A stretch of 64,000 bases of DNA from the human T2T-CHM13v2.0 reference genome, Homo sapiens, in NCBI RefSeq assembly GCF_009914755.1, contig NC_060932.1, one strand, 5' to 3'. Shown one piece after another: positions 32,636 to 50,770 of this stretch. The notes beneath the pieces are model-generated. The model made no database searches and was not told the DNA's origin. It saw nothing but the letters and a program-made list of their open reading frames with translations. The translations under genes were made by a program, and so were the position numbers. Numbering within the stretch: the stretch's first letter is position 1; every line of letters begins with the position of its first letter.

Positions 32636-35184
32636 TAATGATGCTTGTTATTATTTGAGAAGGAAGGAGCTGAGGTTTTAGAATAGAAAAACAAAGGGGA
32701 TGTCGGAGAAGGAGTGTGGCCTCTGCAATGGTTAACAGTGCGAATGAGTTCCAGGGGAAGGTCATTCTGGGTTTCGGAACTGTCCCAGCCACCTTAGCGA
32801 TGGGGATACTGGAGGAGGATCTGCAAAGGAGAAGCGGCACCTGGCATGAACATAGATAAGGCCTGAGAAATGCGTGCTCCTCCACATGGGAATTTTAATA
32901 AGATGTGCTCAAAGCATCACAGCTATTCATGTTATTCTACCTATGTGGGACCACACAGGACCCTGAGATTAAAAAAAGGTAGGAATGGGGCAAGGACTAA
33001 AATCAGAAATGCATTAATCATGTAAGGTTAGATGACCAGACAGGAAGAAAACAAAGGCAAAAAATAAAACTCCCACTAAGCCTGTTTCCCATTTGCAGTA
33101 GAAGAAAACAACATAGAAGCTTCTCATTGAAAGTGTGGAGGAAAGAGATAAGACAAGCTGCTTGTGAGCAAGCAAAGCAAAAAAGAGAATTAATTTCACA
33201 ATACCCATTGTGATTAATTTATGATGTACAAAATGCCATCTACATTTGTTTGTTGTATTATTTTTGTTGATATCTTATGGAGAATATAAAGATGGGCTCC
33301 AGCAGGCTCATCTCATCCCCATCTTTTCCCCTTACGATGGAAAATCCCTCAGCTGCAGTTCTAACATGAGCCCTTTTAGGAACCCAGCCCTGCTGATTAG
33401 AGAGGAAAGAGGAGCTGTTCTAAGTTAGACACAGGCATGGAATATTGACTTCACAGAGAGGTACATCTTATCATATAAGAATTTCTTTAACAAGGAACCA
33501 CTAAAAATTCAGAGACAAAGAAAAGTAGAAGTAAAAATTAAAAAATGAAATGAAGTAAGTGCAGAACAGATTAAATCAGCTTCCTAGCACTCTTCCAACC
33601 TGTGAAACTTTTATAGCTCCCTGAAAATGGATAAGAAACCAAAGAGGTGGCAAAAGGAGTTTAAATAAAAACTGTAAAGTAAGTAGGGAATGTGGGAGAA
33701 GCTGCAGTGAAGAAAGCCTACAGAATAATAACCCTCATGCTCTTGACTATGGTAAGGAAGTTGTCTGGTTCCAGACACTAGAACCTGTTTACCAGACAGA
33801 TTCTGCAAGGGAGGATGGACTGTGTGGAAAGACTGTTTCGTGATGGTGTGAAATATCTTTTATGATTTTTCAAGTATCTTACATTTATTCCTTACCAAAT
33901 TAATTATTCTAATGAGTGAGTCACCTCTCTGCATGTTCAGTACCTAAAAAGGAGTTCTCCATTTGCAGTTGATTATTTATTTTAAATGATGCTTCACTTT
34001 AGAAGAAATATACACTGTATAGATGTAGGTCAGTCTTTCCATGACTTGACAACTTCTGAGCATACTGGTAAAGTGAATAAATAAATCAATTATGCATTAC
34101 TGACTAACGAAAGATTCTTCATCAGCATTATCTTAGTCAGGGGATGCCAAACCCCCTGCTGCCCTGTCTGAGAGGTCAAGGTCTAGTGGGGAGGAGAGCA
34201 CGCAGGTGGTGAAAATGCAGAGTGCCAGCTGCCGTGGTGGAGCCAGGTGCCAGGAGAATGGCAAAGCATCACAGAGAATGCATGGAGGGTCAGCAGAGGG
34301 TCAGTGGAGGCTCATGATATGCACTGATACCAGAAACACGCAAGACTTGCCAAGTGACGGGAGTGAGGAAAGGCATTCCAAGCTACGGGCCAGGTTCACA
34401 CAAGTCTAATTTCCGCAGAGTCATCATGTCATAAATGCTGCAATAAAACCAAAGTTGGCAGAATAGAGCATGTCAACTGGGGACTTCTAAATAATATGGT
34501 CCAGGGTGGAGAGTGGCAGAAGAATTTTCATTTGACAATGGCTTTTTCTCAAGCAATAAGAGGGCAATGACACCAATCGGTTGTACATACGTATTCTAGA
34601 AATTTTCTAAGAATCTCAGATATCTGACACAATGTCAGAATCAAATGCACTACAAATAAATAAACAATAACCATTCTAAGTGGGGAAATGTATTTTAAAT
34701 CACCTGTGGCATTGACATGAACAACATTTCATGAAACATATCCTATAAAAGTTTTCAGTGATACGTCCCAGATCTGATCTTAAAGCTGGAAAAACAGCAC
34801 TTATTAGATTTCAATTCAGTAGTCACGTGCAGAAACACAGATTCCTTGTGCAAGACCCATGATGGCAAAGCCACACTGTCATTATTCCTGATCAGCATTA
34901 TCAAATTCAAAAAAAAAAAAAGCCAGGTTCTGCATGCTCAGTAAAATCTGATTGTTCAAACCCGGTATCTGTCAGCATCACGGATGTCTGACTTTAGGTC
35001 TTTGTGTATCAAAACCCTACCAGCCAAGAGAAATGAAAGCCTGTACATAATACTGAAGAGTAAACTGCAGCAATATTACTGATCATTGCAAAAAAAAAAA
35101 ATTATTCTATATAAAAAGCTGTTAACAACATCATCCAGATAAAGGAATAAGGAAATAGGTAATCCAGACACTTATTAAGAGATA

Positions 35185-35470
35185 CTGTTAGTTACATAAT
35201 TTAGGAAGAAACGTTGGCTAATGGGGATAAATATATGAGAGAGAAGAAAAACGTTCTAATGTTTGATAGCACTGTAAGTTGACTATAGCTAATAATTTAT
35301 TGTGTATTTCAAAATGTCTCTAAGATTTGGAAATGATAAATGTTGACAGTAATGGATATCATAATTATCCTGATTTGATCATGAGACTTTGTGTGCATAT
35401 TTCAAAATATCACATGTATCCCATAAATATGTACAGTTATTACATATAACAAAAAAACCAAAAAAGAAAA
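35185..35470 (+). mobile_element. L1MA-type 3' end
   Basis: gttctaatgtttgatagcac...ctgatttgatcat...aaatatcacatgtatcccataaatatgtaca, then an A tail. Confidence 0.8.
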
Positions 35471-38400
35471 ATTAGTTACAATGTAAAAAATAATTTAAAG
35501 ATAAAATAAAAATTATGTTTAAAGAAAATGTGTATGAAAAATTTAAATATCAGACAAGTAAACTATATAGATTATAGTATATATTTAAATTATGATTATT
35601 AAATGAATACAATGTCCTTAGAACAATGCCTGGCATATACCATGTCTTATATGCGTCTATTAAATAAAACAAAACAAAACTATTCTGTGTGCCACAGTTT
35701 TAATACCAAGAAAAATACTCCTTAAGAACCAGCCATTAATTTAAGCAATATTCCTTGGCACTGACAAGGTGCCACGTACGTTTCCAGTACAGTGGCTTCC
35801 AGCAGTGGACACATCAGGTGCTGCCTCCCTGAGGGGCATTCTACCAGGAAGGATAAGCATGGACCAGGCATGCTACCTAAGTAAGCAGTCCACTGCCTCA
35901 GAAATGGGAAGTGCCTTTTATTTTGAATCTAAATTTCATATCTACTTCTTCATTCAGTTCCACTTAAACCTGCATCTATCTGAGAGCACTTTGAATGTGG
36001 TAAGAAGGAACCAGGAGTAGACTATGACTTTGTCACATCAGCATTTTACACGTAGCTGAAATATCAAATCGTGCACAATGATGTAGGTGATAAATCATCT
36101 TTCATCCAGATTTCATTAAATCATAAAATATTAAACAAAAAGAGAGTGTGTGTTGGGAAAATGGGGAAATGAGTGTACCTAAAGAAGCCTCAGATGCTCA
36201 ACTGACACCAGCTGAGAGTGAGGGCTCCTGAGAAGTGCGCAGTGTGAAGCCCATGTGAAATGCGAATCTACTCTCCTGCAGCAAAGGGTCCTAGAAAATT
36301 GTTTCTGCCTCTGATGTAAAGTTCAAAAGTTTGACTATGAAAAGTGCAAACTAAAGACATTAGGAGCTTTCACCATGGCTCAGATTTGTTTCTGCATCCC
36401 AGTGGTCATTCGCTGATGGAAATACTTGACGTCAGTCTTCCCTTTTTTATCGTACCGTATTTTATATCCTGCCATGTTCCTGGGCTCCATATGGTGTTTC
36501 ATAGTCACCGGCTCTCTTTCACAAATTGTATCTCTGTTTAGGGTTTTCTGCAGTTGTTTTCTCCCTCAATGTTGAGAAGGTAGAGAATAAGTAAGCTTCT
36601 GCGGGCTTTGCCCAAGTTTTAAATTTTCATATATCAAAACTGTAGCTGTCTAGAGCTGCATGTGCCTGCAAATGTGAGGCAGGGATAACATCCAAGTGAA
36701 GCCACCCATGAGGGGTGCATCGATGTCAACACACAGCTCCTACTTCCACCCTGTCATACAACTGCCGTTTCTGAACGTGGCAAGGCTCCCAACACCTGTG
36801 CCTTCACATACATGGTTTCTATGGCAGGTACACTCTGTATTCTCCCCTCCAACACTGCTGCTGCCCTGGCGTGTTGGTCACCCCCAGTATCGGTACTCAA
36901 CCTTCACAACCCAGATCTCTCAGTACTGCTGTGGAAACAATCCAGTCCATTTAGGAACAGCCTTCCTGTACTCCCGGTGATCTTGTTATTTATATCTATA
37001 TCATGTCAATAATGTGATGTAAGTGTACTGTGTTTGTAATGTGTGTATCTACATGGGTTTCCTCACAAAGTGGTCAATTCCATTGAGAATAGGACCTAGG
37101 CTTAAAAAAAAAACCTTACCTCTAGATTTAACGCTGTGCATTCACTAACTTTTGTGTCAGTTTTCATCAAATCCACTTAAGTTGTTCATTTTTAAAAAAA
37201 ATCTGAAATGATTAAAATGTACTAAAAATTACTGATTATAATTTTACCAAATATAAAAATTGTGAAGATTTAAAAATGTCATTTTCTAGTTTATGTTTTT
37301 AGAGTTTTTTAAAAATTACATTTTACTGACACTATTTACACAAAACGCTTCTGATACAAACCATTCATAACTTCTTATGAAAGAAAATAGTCCTAAACAC
37401 ATAAACAATTACAGTGCAGTTAACATTTCAAGAACCACTGACTCTGTTGGGCAGTGCTTCCCCATCCCCCTCAGTAGCACACTGAACTTTTACATTTAAC
37501 CAGAATAAGGCTGGTGTTCACCAAAGTCATGGATAGTTAGTAAAAGTTTATGGTCCTACAGTCTTAAAAATTTTTCATTTTGTAAAACTTCTAGAGAATA
37601 ATTGAATCAATATAATAGGAAATTTGGCTTTTCTTTTACTGAATGTACATTAGCTAATACAAAGGTCATGACACTGATTCAAAGTGAAGTTACGATATCA
37701 AGAAACTGTATGTTTCTTGATAGTAGCTAATCTTTTTTTCACTGCCAAAAGATGTATTCTTGCTCAAATGCTATGTAAAGGAGACTCATGAATGAAGCTC
37801 ATGCAACAAGGCCAGGCAATGCCTTTTAGCCATGACACTACCAACTTCTGGAAGATCAAAAGTAGGAACACCGCATGTATCTGTGCTAGGTTATGTAAAC
37901 ATAGGCTCTATCACCAAACACATAAATGCTAAATATTTGGGGAACTACAGCAAATAAGAATTCCAGAAAATAACTGTACTGCTTGAGGAGTTTTCTTTTT
38001 TTGGAATATATTTTAAAACACACACACCCAAAGTTTTCCTTCACTGTCTTCCATAAGAAAGACTGCTCAAAGAAGAACAAAGTGGCCCAGGGAAAAATGA
38101 GAGTTAGAGAAAACTGTCAAATCATTGATGTTCCTCCAATTTGGGTGAAAAATAAAATAGGGGAAGGAGACCCTTCTCCACGAATATCCTTGGAGGAAGT
38201 CAGAAGGAGCCCTAAGAAAGGAATGGGAAAGCCTGGAACAGGTGGCTCATTTACAAAACAATGAAAACAGTTCTGAGCTTCCCCTCCTGAGCCTTTGTTC
38301 AAGCTCTTTTCTCTGTTTGGAAGACTCACCCATTATTTCTAAAGATTCACATTCACCTCTCCTTAGGGACTGTTTCAACTGCCAGTCATGGGCAATGCCT

Positions 38401-39970
38401 CCTTCCTTCTTTGTCTCCTGTTCCCATTGCACCTCTGAGGTATCCCTTCTTTCTCTGTACGACCTTAACCGTTTATGTCTGGCTCTTAAAGGTGTTCTGC
38501 TGCCTAGCCCGTTCTGTCATTGTATGTGTGTATTTCTAAGTCCCACTCAGCGCAGGGATGTTTGGCATGTCCTCTTAATTTTACAGAACACCACAGAGTG
38601 CCTTGCACATGCTAGCTACCCGATAATATTTTTCAAATAAATGATGTAAGCATTAATTAATCTATTGACTTGACAGAAAACAATTTGTATTATTTCTAAA
38701 TGTATCTACCTGAAATTTTACCATTAAAGACTTGTTACATGATGTGGTAATTGTAGTTCACGTGATTATACCCAGAAGGGAAATGTACCACATTACTAAC
38801 CACTAACAGCTCTTTGTGGATGTTTTTGCTCATCAAACCAAGAACATTTCTATTCTATCCAACCTGAAATTACATGATAGTATATTTTGTTTGGGACGAG
38901 AGTGAAGACTGAGATGCAATCCAAACCACAAGCAAATACGGAAAGGGGCGAGAGACGAATGCAAGCTCTGCCTGTGCTCCAAAAGCGAAAGCGACAACAC
39001 CCACTCACAAACACACACAGTAGCCTTGATCACTGCTGATTTAACACAGCCTCACAGAACAAACGTAACTATAACATTATGCTTTAAGTAAAGTGACAAA
39101 TGCTATTCGTATTGTGTAAATACCCTCAGGGTGGAACCTAATGAGTATATTCTAAAGCAACTCCACAACTGAGAAACAAGACAACATGAGCTCTTAGTTT
39201 TGTGTATGATGAAAATCAAGTGTTGCCACATGGCGAAGACTGAAATTCAGACACAGAGAAGGGTACAAGGCTCTTTTTCCTCAAATGTGTTTCCACAGAG
39301 TCAGTTCATGCAAAACCAAAGGGAAAGCAAGGATGAAAGATACTGGGTGAAAGGCTATCCTCCGTCTTTGCATCTATTTTATCATCTTTTTTCTACATGA
39401 AGTCAGATGTTCAAGACAGATAATTATGAAAACTAAGAATCATAGCCGAGATAGAATTTTTTCAAATCTCCGCCATACTAAATTTTCGTTAAGTAACGTT
39501 TTCAAGTAAGGTATAATTCAGGGAATTTTAAAGTGATTCGGGAGTTAAACTGGATTTTGGTAGAAAAACACTATTTCCTAGACTAATGAATATTTCCCAG
39601 AGAATTTATTATTGTTATACAGTGGTATATCAGTTCTTTTCACATGAAATAAATTAGTTTTTTTTTTAATTTCAAAATTTTTAAATGCATTTAACTTAAT
39701 TTTGTTGTATAGCTTTACATGTACCTAAAGCCAGAATAAGTTTCAACAATAGCATTTTTGTTTATTAATTATCAATTCTTTTATTCATCCAAAATGACCC
39801 TACATAAACTGATTTCATTCAAAAAGAATAAAATGCAGTCTCACCACCTAACTTGTCCTGTGGAATATTAAACTTTCCATGTTAGATAGTGTAATTTGAT
39901 AAAGGAACGTGTTATTCTTTGGACAACTAATTGTATGAACGTTTTCCTGTAAACAGAATTACTAAAATGG

Positions 39971-40275
39971 GGCCAGATACAGTGGCTCATGTCTGTGATC
40001 CCAACACTTTGGGAGGCCGAGGTGGGCGGATCATGAGGTCAAGAGATGGAGACCATCCTGGCCAACATGATGAAACCCCAACTCTACTAAAAATGCAAAA
40101 ATTAACTGGGCATGGTGGTGCGCTCCTGTAATCCCAGCTACTTGGGAGGCTGAGAAAGGAGAATCACCTGAACCCTGAGTGGGGGCGAAGGTTGCAGTGA
40201 GCCGAGATCATGCCACTGCACTCCAGCCTGGCGACAGAGTGAGACAACGTCTCAAAAAAGAAAAAAAGAAAAAAA
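39971..40275 (+). mobile_element. AluSc
   Basis: gaggtcaagagatggagaccatcctggccaacatg and ccagcctggcgacagag diagnostics. Confidence 0.9.
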
Positions 40276-42089
40276 GGGACACAACAGTGAGTGTCTTCTT
40301 GCAGAGCCACACAGAAGGGTCTATAGAGAGTCATTTAGGGTTTTCTTAGGAAAGGGGTGGCAGAAGGGCAGAAAAATCTTCCGTGCAGTGTTAAAAGCAG
40401 AAGAAAATGAGGAGAACCCCTCAAAGGTTGCCCTCCTCGGAGAGTTGAGAAGTCTATTTTGTAGCTGGAGGACAGTGTATTGCGGGAGAGCTGTGAGGCC
40501 AGCATGAGAGTGGGGCTCAAAGCAGAGAGGGGATCTTATTTGTCAGCCATGGGAGTGTGACTTTTATTTCACACTGGGGAGAGACATGAAAAGCACGGTT
40601 ACAGGAAATTAAATGTATATTTTTAGAAAGAAGTCTTTCATGACACCATAACACATAGCATCATTACAGAAACAAAACAGGTTTAGTTTTTACGACACAA
40701 AATGCAGAAACATAAAATGTATCCTCTGGAGGCCACTGGACCTTCTCAAATGAGGTGTTTGTAATGATTGCAGAAAACATATCTAGTTCATATAATGTTA
40801 CCATATCAGTGGAACTGTGAGTTTAAGATAAAAAAAATGGAAAAGATAAAACTATTATTCTCATTTCAAGATATCTAGTGGGGAAAAAAGAAATAACTAT
40901 GCCTGCGCTGTGTATTTCTGTACCATAAAATAATGATTTTCTGAACAGATTAGAATATTACATAATAAAACTACTGACATGAATTCATGGTATCAGTGAC
41001 ATTCATGTACTGTATCAAAATGCAGCTCCACCATCTAGTTAGGCACTGCATTATGTATGTAAAAATATGGTTATAATAACCAAATAATAATTATAATTTT
41101 GTGGAGAAATTTTTAGCAAAATTTACAATTTAAGTTTTCTCCTTTGTTCAAACGTTGAATGGCTTGGAAAGATAACCCAGTAGTTGATTTTTACTTTGCT
41201 TATGTTTTATTCTTTCCTTCTATAGACTATTTACTCCTTCTTAAAACAATTTTATTAGACTTTGTCATGGACTCCATTTTGATTTCCTGAAGGGAAATAC
41301 TACAATATTGTTCATAGGAGACTGGGTGCAAATATATACTATGATGGGTAGGCATAAAACCACATACTCTGATTGAGGCGTGAATGTAAAATTGTCATAC
41401 AGATGAGAAAATCAAAAATTTTGGTAAAGATTACTGTGAATTCTTTGTCTAGTAGGAGGTCATTATTTTTTGACCATTTTTAAAAACTGAAAGTCAACAA
41501 AATTCCAACTCTTATCTACAGGTAGTTGAACCACTGGTGATTTTTACTTTATGCTTTCGTCTGTTTTCTGAGTTTTCCGAGTTTTCCATGAGCATCTATG
41601 ATATTCACCGTAAAGGAAATACAGTTTTGTCTTTCGCAGGATATTATCTCTAGGTAAGTAAATGTGCAGACAGCCTGACATTTGCTAATGATCGATGATT
41701 TGTTCTTACCACCCTCCCTCTCCGCCTCCCATTCACAGGCATCCATGCAGATGTATCTTGGGCCAGTGGCCACAGCGTAATACCATCTGGCCTGTATTCC
41801 CCTCAAGCCTCTGCAGCTTCCTGGGCCATGGCTCCTGTTTCTCCGACTGGATTGCATTCTCATGTTATACTTCCCTTTCTTTCTCCCACTAAACTCTAGG
41901 CACCTTGAGTTTAGGAATGCTGTCTACTTCACCTTTATCTTCCAAATTCCTGTTTTGGTGTTAAACACGTAATTACTCGACAACTCACTACTGAAAGAAT
42001 ATCGAAATGAAGACTTCTACAAAAGTCTTCTATCCGGTACTGCAACAGTAAGGTGTTTTGTTTTGTTTTGTTTTGTTTTTGTTTTTTAC

Positions 42090-44460
<2,371 letters not shown>

Positions 44461-44534
44461 ACAAAAAAATACCTTCCTTTGCCTTCAAAATGTATTTACT
44501 TGTACTTGACACAAACGTACAAATACTAGTTTTC

Positions 44535-44700
44535 AATAATAGCTACCTGCCTTTAGTTTACTGCATTCTATGTACCAAGCATTTTACACCATTATATTAT
44601 TTCAATTCTTATTTCTCTGGGAGATAGACTTTATTATTTCGCACTTGTAGTGAAGGGAATTGTGACTATAATCCATGCAATTGCTGAAAGCTCTAAACAG
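44535..44700 (-). mobile_element. MIR SINE fragment
   Basis: aataatagctacc...tttactgcattctatgtaccaagcattttacac. Confidence 0.55.
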
Positions 44701-47059
44701 GAATCACATAGTTTTAAGTATTGTGCATATTTTCATATATATAAGAAATATGAGGTTCTGTGGTTGTATGTGTTTGTGTTTTCTGTGTTTATGTTTTGAA
44801 AATTAAACATCCACATGATTAAGGAAGGCTTCCCCTTTATTTCTGTGGATCTCCTAGAATGATTTCAACTCTGTGAATTGGGAATACAGAAATGAACAAA
44901 GTGTTTACAACTTTTGCCTTACTCTCTGCAATTCCTTCACATGGAGCCTCACAGTCATGGAAATTGAGTATGAAGCTCATAGGTTTCAAGGCAGCCCAAA
45001 AGCCGTCTTTTCCACTACAACAATTTAGAAGCTTGAAAATAAACCCAACCTCTATGTACAGTGGAAAAAGTCAAATCAACACAACCTTGGATATTACCAC
45101 TTAGAACATTCTTTCAAAAGTTTTTAAAATTTTGCTCGTGACATCAGATTTTGCCTTGAATTACACAATATACTCTATATGTAAGGACCAACCCAATTAT
45201 CACCTATAAGTGTAGCGTAGATGATAGTCAATATTCATTCTGGTTTTCTCTTTATGATCCACTATGTCTTATTTCCTGTTACCATCATGATTCTAGAAAT
45301 TGGCAGAACATGAAAACTTTTCTGATTTCACTTTTAGAAAAAATCGAGATGAAGCACTTCAAAGAACGCTCACAACAATAACTTGTTTTTAAAAATAAAA
45401 AGCAATAGGTGCATTAAATGATGAGAAGGTAAAAATAGGCCAAAATTAGAGTTGAAAGAAGAGAGTAAAGAAATTTAGCTGAAGTACTACAAAATGAAGA
45501 ATTGTGAAAGCTGACAGTTCTTAGTCACATAAGAGCAAGGTCGTACTTAATGAAGCTAAAAAAAGTAAATTTAGAAGAAGCTGAGGGAAATTTTGGGAGC
45601 TATTTGTTATTCTGTGCGACTGTCTTACTTAGATTCTATTTTCTCCTCATTTTCTGGCTGTCCTCATCCAATATTCTTTCAGAGGACCTGGGATGTGTCT
45701 TAGTGCCAGATGGCATAAAAATAACCATGCTATTAATCCTACAGTATGAGGGATATATTCACTTTTCAGTATTGAGATAAATAAAGCAAAATGAATTGAA
45801 TTTTAATGAATTTATTCTGGGGAATAATTCTCTGAAGTATAGTTATATTTAGATTATTTCTAAGTAACTCACCAACATGCAAATATTGACTTGTATAGAC
45901 ACCAGCTGTTTTCCATTTCAGCAATTTATACACTTGAAAATGAACCCAAATACAAAATTTTGCTAAATTATTTACCTCATTATTAATTGGTTGAAAATTG
46001 CTTTGTTAATAGTTGGGTTTAAAACAGTTTAAATTCAGTAATATAGTCAATAACTAGTCTACAGCTATACAAATATTTCAAGTAGTCTTAATCTATACAG
46101 ACGGTTTTTGACGGTTGCTTCTTTTGATAAATCACTATAATAAAATGTTTGTCATTGGCTTTGGGAAGCTTTAATGACTTCAAAGAAAAATGCATTTATT
46201 GCTTCTGCTTTTAGACATTTAGTTTTGTTATAATATTGATATGGAATAGACAAATTTTGTAATATAATTTATTAAGTGAGCTTAAATGGGTTTTAAGTTG
46301 ATCATGCTCTCCACGTAAACATATACATATAATGCATAACTTGTATGGTCCAAATTAGTTAATGTCACTATGCTAAATTGTACAGAAATTATACAGCTTT
46401 TTGTAACCCCAGAGAAAGCAAAAACAAATTGTTTCATAAAGAAAGTCATGAAACGGTGTCAGCTAAACAATGAAAGAAAATAAAAACTATAGATTAACAG
46501 TATTTGGCATCTGAATGTAAAATGTAGTATTTAGTCCATAAATGATAGCAATATTTTCAATGTCTATCTCATCAAGATAGAATATATTTAAGTTTTTTGT
46601 ACATGATTATTTACTTTCAGAGAAGCATTTGTCCATAAACCTGTTTATAGTCAATTATGAAAATCTAAAGTTTGATACTTTACAAAACATGATATTTGAG
46701 AACATGAGCTACCATAAATATTCCCAGTGGAAGTTAAAGGATCCGACATAAATTATTCTACCACAAATCATTTCAAACTACTGTCCTACATTTGGGCAGA
46801 ACTCACTTTTAATGTGAAATATCCATCCTTTTATAATTGACAATGGTACGTTAAAATTTTGTATAAAGATGACATTGAGATTCCAGACCATTTAATTTCA
46901 TTGATTTAGGAAAAAGAAACAAACAAAAAAAAAACATTGCTTGCAAAGTAGTTCTCTTTAGTTATGACTGTGGTACATAATCATTTCCATGATGCCTTTT
47001 TCTTGGTAGAATTTTCTGAGTTTTTTTTCTCTCCTCCAGAATGCACACTCCTCTTAAAC

Positions 47060-47250
47060 TTCCACGTGGCAGAAGTAGTTTCTCTGGATAAGGCACCACA
47101 CTTTGAATTTATTTGTATTTTTGTGTGACAGTTTGAGTCTGCCTTCCCTAATGGGATATGAACTCTACAAATGGGGACATGCCTGTCTTTACTCACTGTA
47201 ATAACCCCAGTATGAATGATGAGTAAATAATGCTCATACAGTGAATAATA
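47060..47250 (+). mobile_element. L2 3' fragment
   Basis: gtctgccttccc...tatgaactctac...ggggacatgcctgtctttactcactgta. Confidence 0.6.
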
Positions 47251-48218
47251 TTTCTTCAGTATTATTAGACAAAGAACAAAGTTGAATACAGTAAATATCA
47301 AAATGATACGAAAAACTAAGCAGGATTAAATTTTGCTAAGCTGAAAATCCTTCCTTGTAGCACATTTAAAATGTAAATAATATTTCATTCTAGTATGTGC
47401 AGCTTAAGGACTTAGGATAATCTAAAAAACAAAGTATTATAAAATAAAGATGAATTGTTGATATATGTTTATGTATATAAAAACATAAATACCTTCACCT
47501 AAGAGAATATAGAGCTCTCTAAGATGAAGTGCTGAATTTTTTTTTGATGCTAAAGAACAGAAAAAACTCAAATGTTATTTTTAATATCAAAATAAATTTT
47601 ATATCTGCTAATACTAATGTAAATGTTTTCTGTCCAAATCTCTTGTTACAGGTAAAATAAAGTGGCAAATGAATTTCGTGGGAATTGATAACTAAAAATG
47701 TCAGATATCCCCTTAGAGAATATATGTAACTGGTAAAATATTAAACGATGACTAATTTATTCCTTGTTCTGCATAGCGGAGTTAATCTATTATTGTAGTA
47801 TAACTCACACTGTGTTGGGGAAATTGTCTTGATTTGTGAGACGTTTTGGAGCACTGGATTCATTTTATAGATATAAAATGGTCAATGTAGAAACGGTTTG
47901 CATTTTCTCAGGTTGTGTGTCCCTTTCAGAATTTTTCCAGCCTAGCCAGGTTTCTCAAGAGGTTGTGATGACAGAGCAGTCCTTCATGGTTGTCAGAGTG
48001 AAAAAGGAAGCAGGCTATTGTCCTCAGGGAGCCATTTCATATCTGTTCTAGCCCAGAAATTATAATTGGAATCTTTCCCAATCCACTGGTACTTTATATA
48101 TACTAAGAAAATAAACCAGTACTCTTTCCCTCTAAGTTTTAAAACATAGAACTGTTTCTTTCTCTGGGAGGGTGGAGGGGGGATATTTTAATTCCTATAA
48201 ATATTATGGAAAGATAAG

Positions 48219-48590
48219 TGATATGGTTTGGCTGTGTCCCCACCCAAATCTCATCTTGAATTGCAGTTCCCGTAATCCCCACGTGTCATGGGAGGGACCC
48301 TGTAGGAGGTAACTGAATCATGCGTGTGGTTGCTCCATGGTGTTCTCACGACAGTGAGTGAGTTCTCACAAGATCTAATGGTTTTAGAAGGGGCTTTTCC
48401 CCCGTTTCTTGGCACTTCTCTCTCCTGCCACTATGTGAAGAAGAATATGTTTGCTTCTCCCTCTGCCATGATTTTAAGTTTCCTGAGGCCTCCCAGCCTT
48501 GCAGAACTGTGTGTCAATCAAACCTCTTTCCTTTAAAAGTTACCCTGTCTGAGGTAGTTCTTTATAGCAGCGTAAGAATGGACTAATACA
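48219..48590 (+). mobile_element. THE1D/THE1C solo LTR
   Basis: tgatatggtttggctgtgtccccacccaaatctc ... gactaataca; perfect 5-bp TSD ataag. Confidence 0.93.
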
Positions 48591-49453
48591 ATAAGCATAG
48601 ACTTTCTCTGGTTTATGGAATATTTTAACTGTAATAGTGACAGCAGGTGATGTTTTTGAATTCATTACTAGAAATGTAAGTATATATGAACAAATAGAGC
48701 CAAAAACGAATACCTAAAACACAAATAGCTAAAAGAAAATGAAATAATATATTAAGGATTCATGTCCTAAACTTAAAAACATTTGATAGTTGCCTGTTAC
48801 CTTTATTATAAGGATTATTCTCTAACAAGGCCTTATGCATCGTGCTCCAAACAAAACATTTAGCCATATCTTGTCTTTCACTGCTACTCATCTCTGGCTC
48901 TCCAAGCCCTGACCCACCCTGGGGAATGACCTCACATTTCAGGCTCTGAACAACAACCAAATCAGAGTATACACCATCACGCAAGGCCAGCCATGCCTTT
49001 GCTTTAACTGCTAACTTAAGATAGGCTACTCTTTTCTCATTTTTTCCATTATCTTTCCAGTCTGAAGAACTACTGAAATTTTGAACTATAACATGGATAT
49101 CAGTAAAAAAATCTTACACAAGGATAACACTTTCCTCTGAATTATATCATCAGAATGAAGAATAAATTCCAGCTAATAGTAAGAAAAATTGCAACTCTAG
49201 GTAATTCTGTACTATGTGGTATCTAACCCTTATTCTCAATATAATTGGTCATAAATGATATATATTTTAAGCCCCTACTTCATTTTAGTGATGAGTATGA
49301 TGAAGTCAAGAAAGTTAAATGATGCATCCAACTGCACCCAATGGGTAAAAACTGGTGTAGAGAGAAGTCTCTAAATCCAGATGAGAGCTCTGTGAATTTC
49401 AGCTACTCCATTTCTCTACTGACACCTCCCACTGTAAAAGCCCATTTGTCACC

Positions 49454-49454
<1 letters not shown>

Positions 49455-49510
<56 letters not shown>

Positions 49511-49528
49511 GTGTATATATATATATAT
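49455..49528. repeat. Interrupted (TA)n microsatellite
   Basis: TA run with occasional TG. Confidence 0.95.
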
Positions 49529-50511
49529 GGTAGACATATAGATTATATATAATTTATATTTTTTATCAGAGGTATCTTTTAATGGTTCCTCAGTCTTTTG
49601 TTATAATAAGCTCTTAATAATTTTTATATGCAATAATTAATTTGAGTATCCTATACATATCATTATTCTTAAATGTCTAGTTGAGGCTTCACCTCAGTTT
49701 ACTTGCATTGTTTAACTTTTTTACCATCACACTGAAGTCACTCTGGTCAAAACAACACATTCCCTGTAAACCTCTGCTATGCCTATCAAATTCCTCCTGC
49801 TGTCACTTGAACTGCTGGTCATTCAAGGTCAGTAGATCCACCCGGGTGACAAAAGGGAGGTATATTTGATCTTTTTCATGTATTTGTTTCCTAAGACAGA
49901 GTTTAATTCTTGTTTCTTACCATTCTCAAATTTGCTCTTTATTCTCTTGTCCCAATGCTATTGCCCTATGATAAGCATTTTTCAGCTCATTCCAAAAGTT
50001 GTTCTCACTCTGTTCCATGGGAATTTTCAGATACATAAACCAAATTGAGCCTAAATATGCCTCCTTCCTTTCTCTGACTTGTAATTGATGCCCAATATAG
50101 CAATGTCCTTCCCGAAGACCTTGCCATCATCACAAAATCCTTTACATACCCATACTCGCCCTGCATGTGTCTCCCCAGGCTCTCCGATTCCTCTTTCATC
50201 TCTCAGTTGGAAAAAAATAGCGCTATTTCAAGAAATGCAATCCACCAGTAGGGAGTAGGAAAAAATATGTTTGTAAGAAATGCCTACATGCCAAAGAGAG
50301 AAATCTTCAAATAATTTACATGGAAAGTGCTATAATGAACTTTAAAATCAGCTTACAAATTTCCAATGGCAATTCAGTTTGCTATTTTCAACTCTTTGCT
50401 GCATTTCTACATCATTTTTTTCTTTTAATTTTCTTACACATATAAACGTATTACATAATTGCACTATGCATTGATAATGCAGACCTAACTGTGCCATAAT
50501 GATGAGTTTGA

Positions 50512-50770
<259 letters not shown>

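Noticed and set aside
37696-37722. 11-bp perfect hairpin tatcaagaaac-tgtat-gtttcttgata
   Set aside because: One such AT-rich stem is not unexpected by chance in 64 kb; too short for a pre-miRNA or MITE.
39955-40290. AluSc without a clear TSD
   Set aside because: Older and more diverged element; a short A-rich TSD (aaaatgg/aaaaggg) could simply have decayed, so it is much weaker than the AluY case at 13.2 kb.
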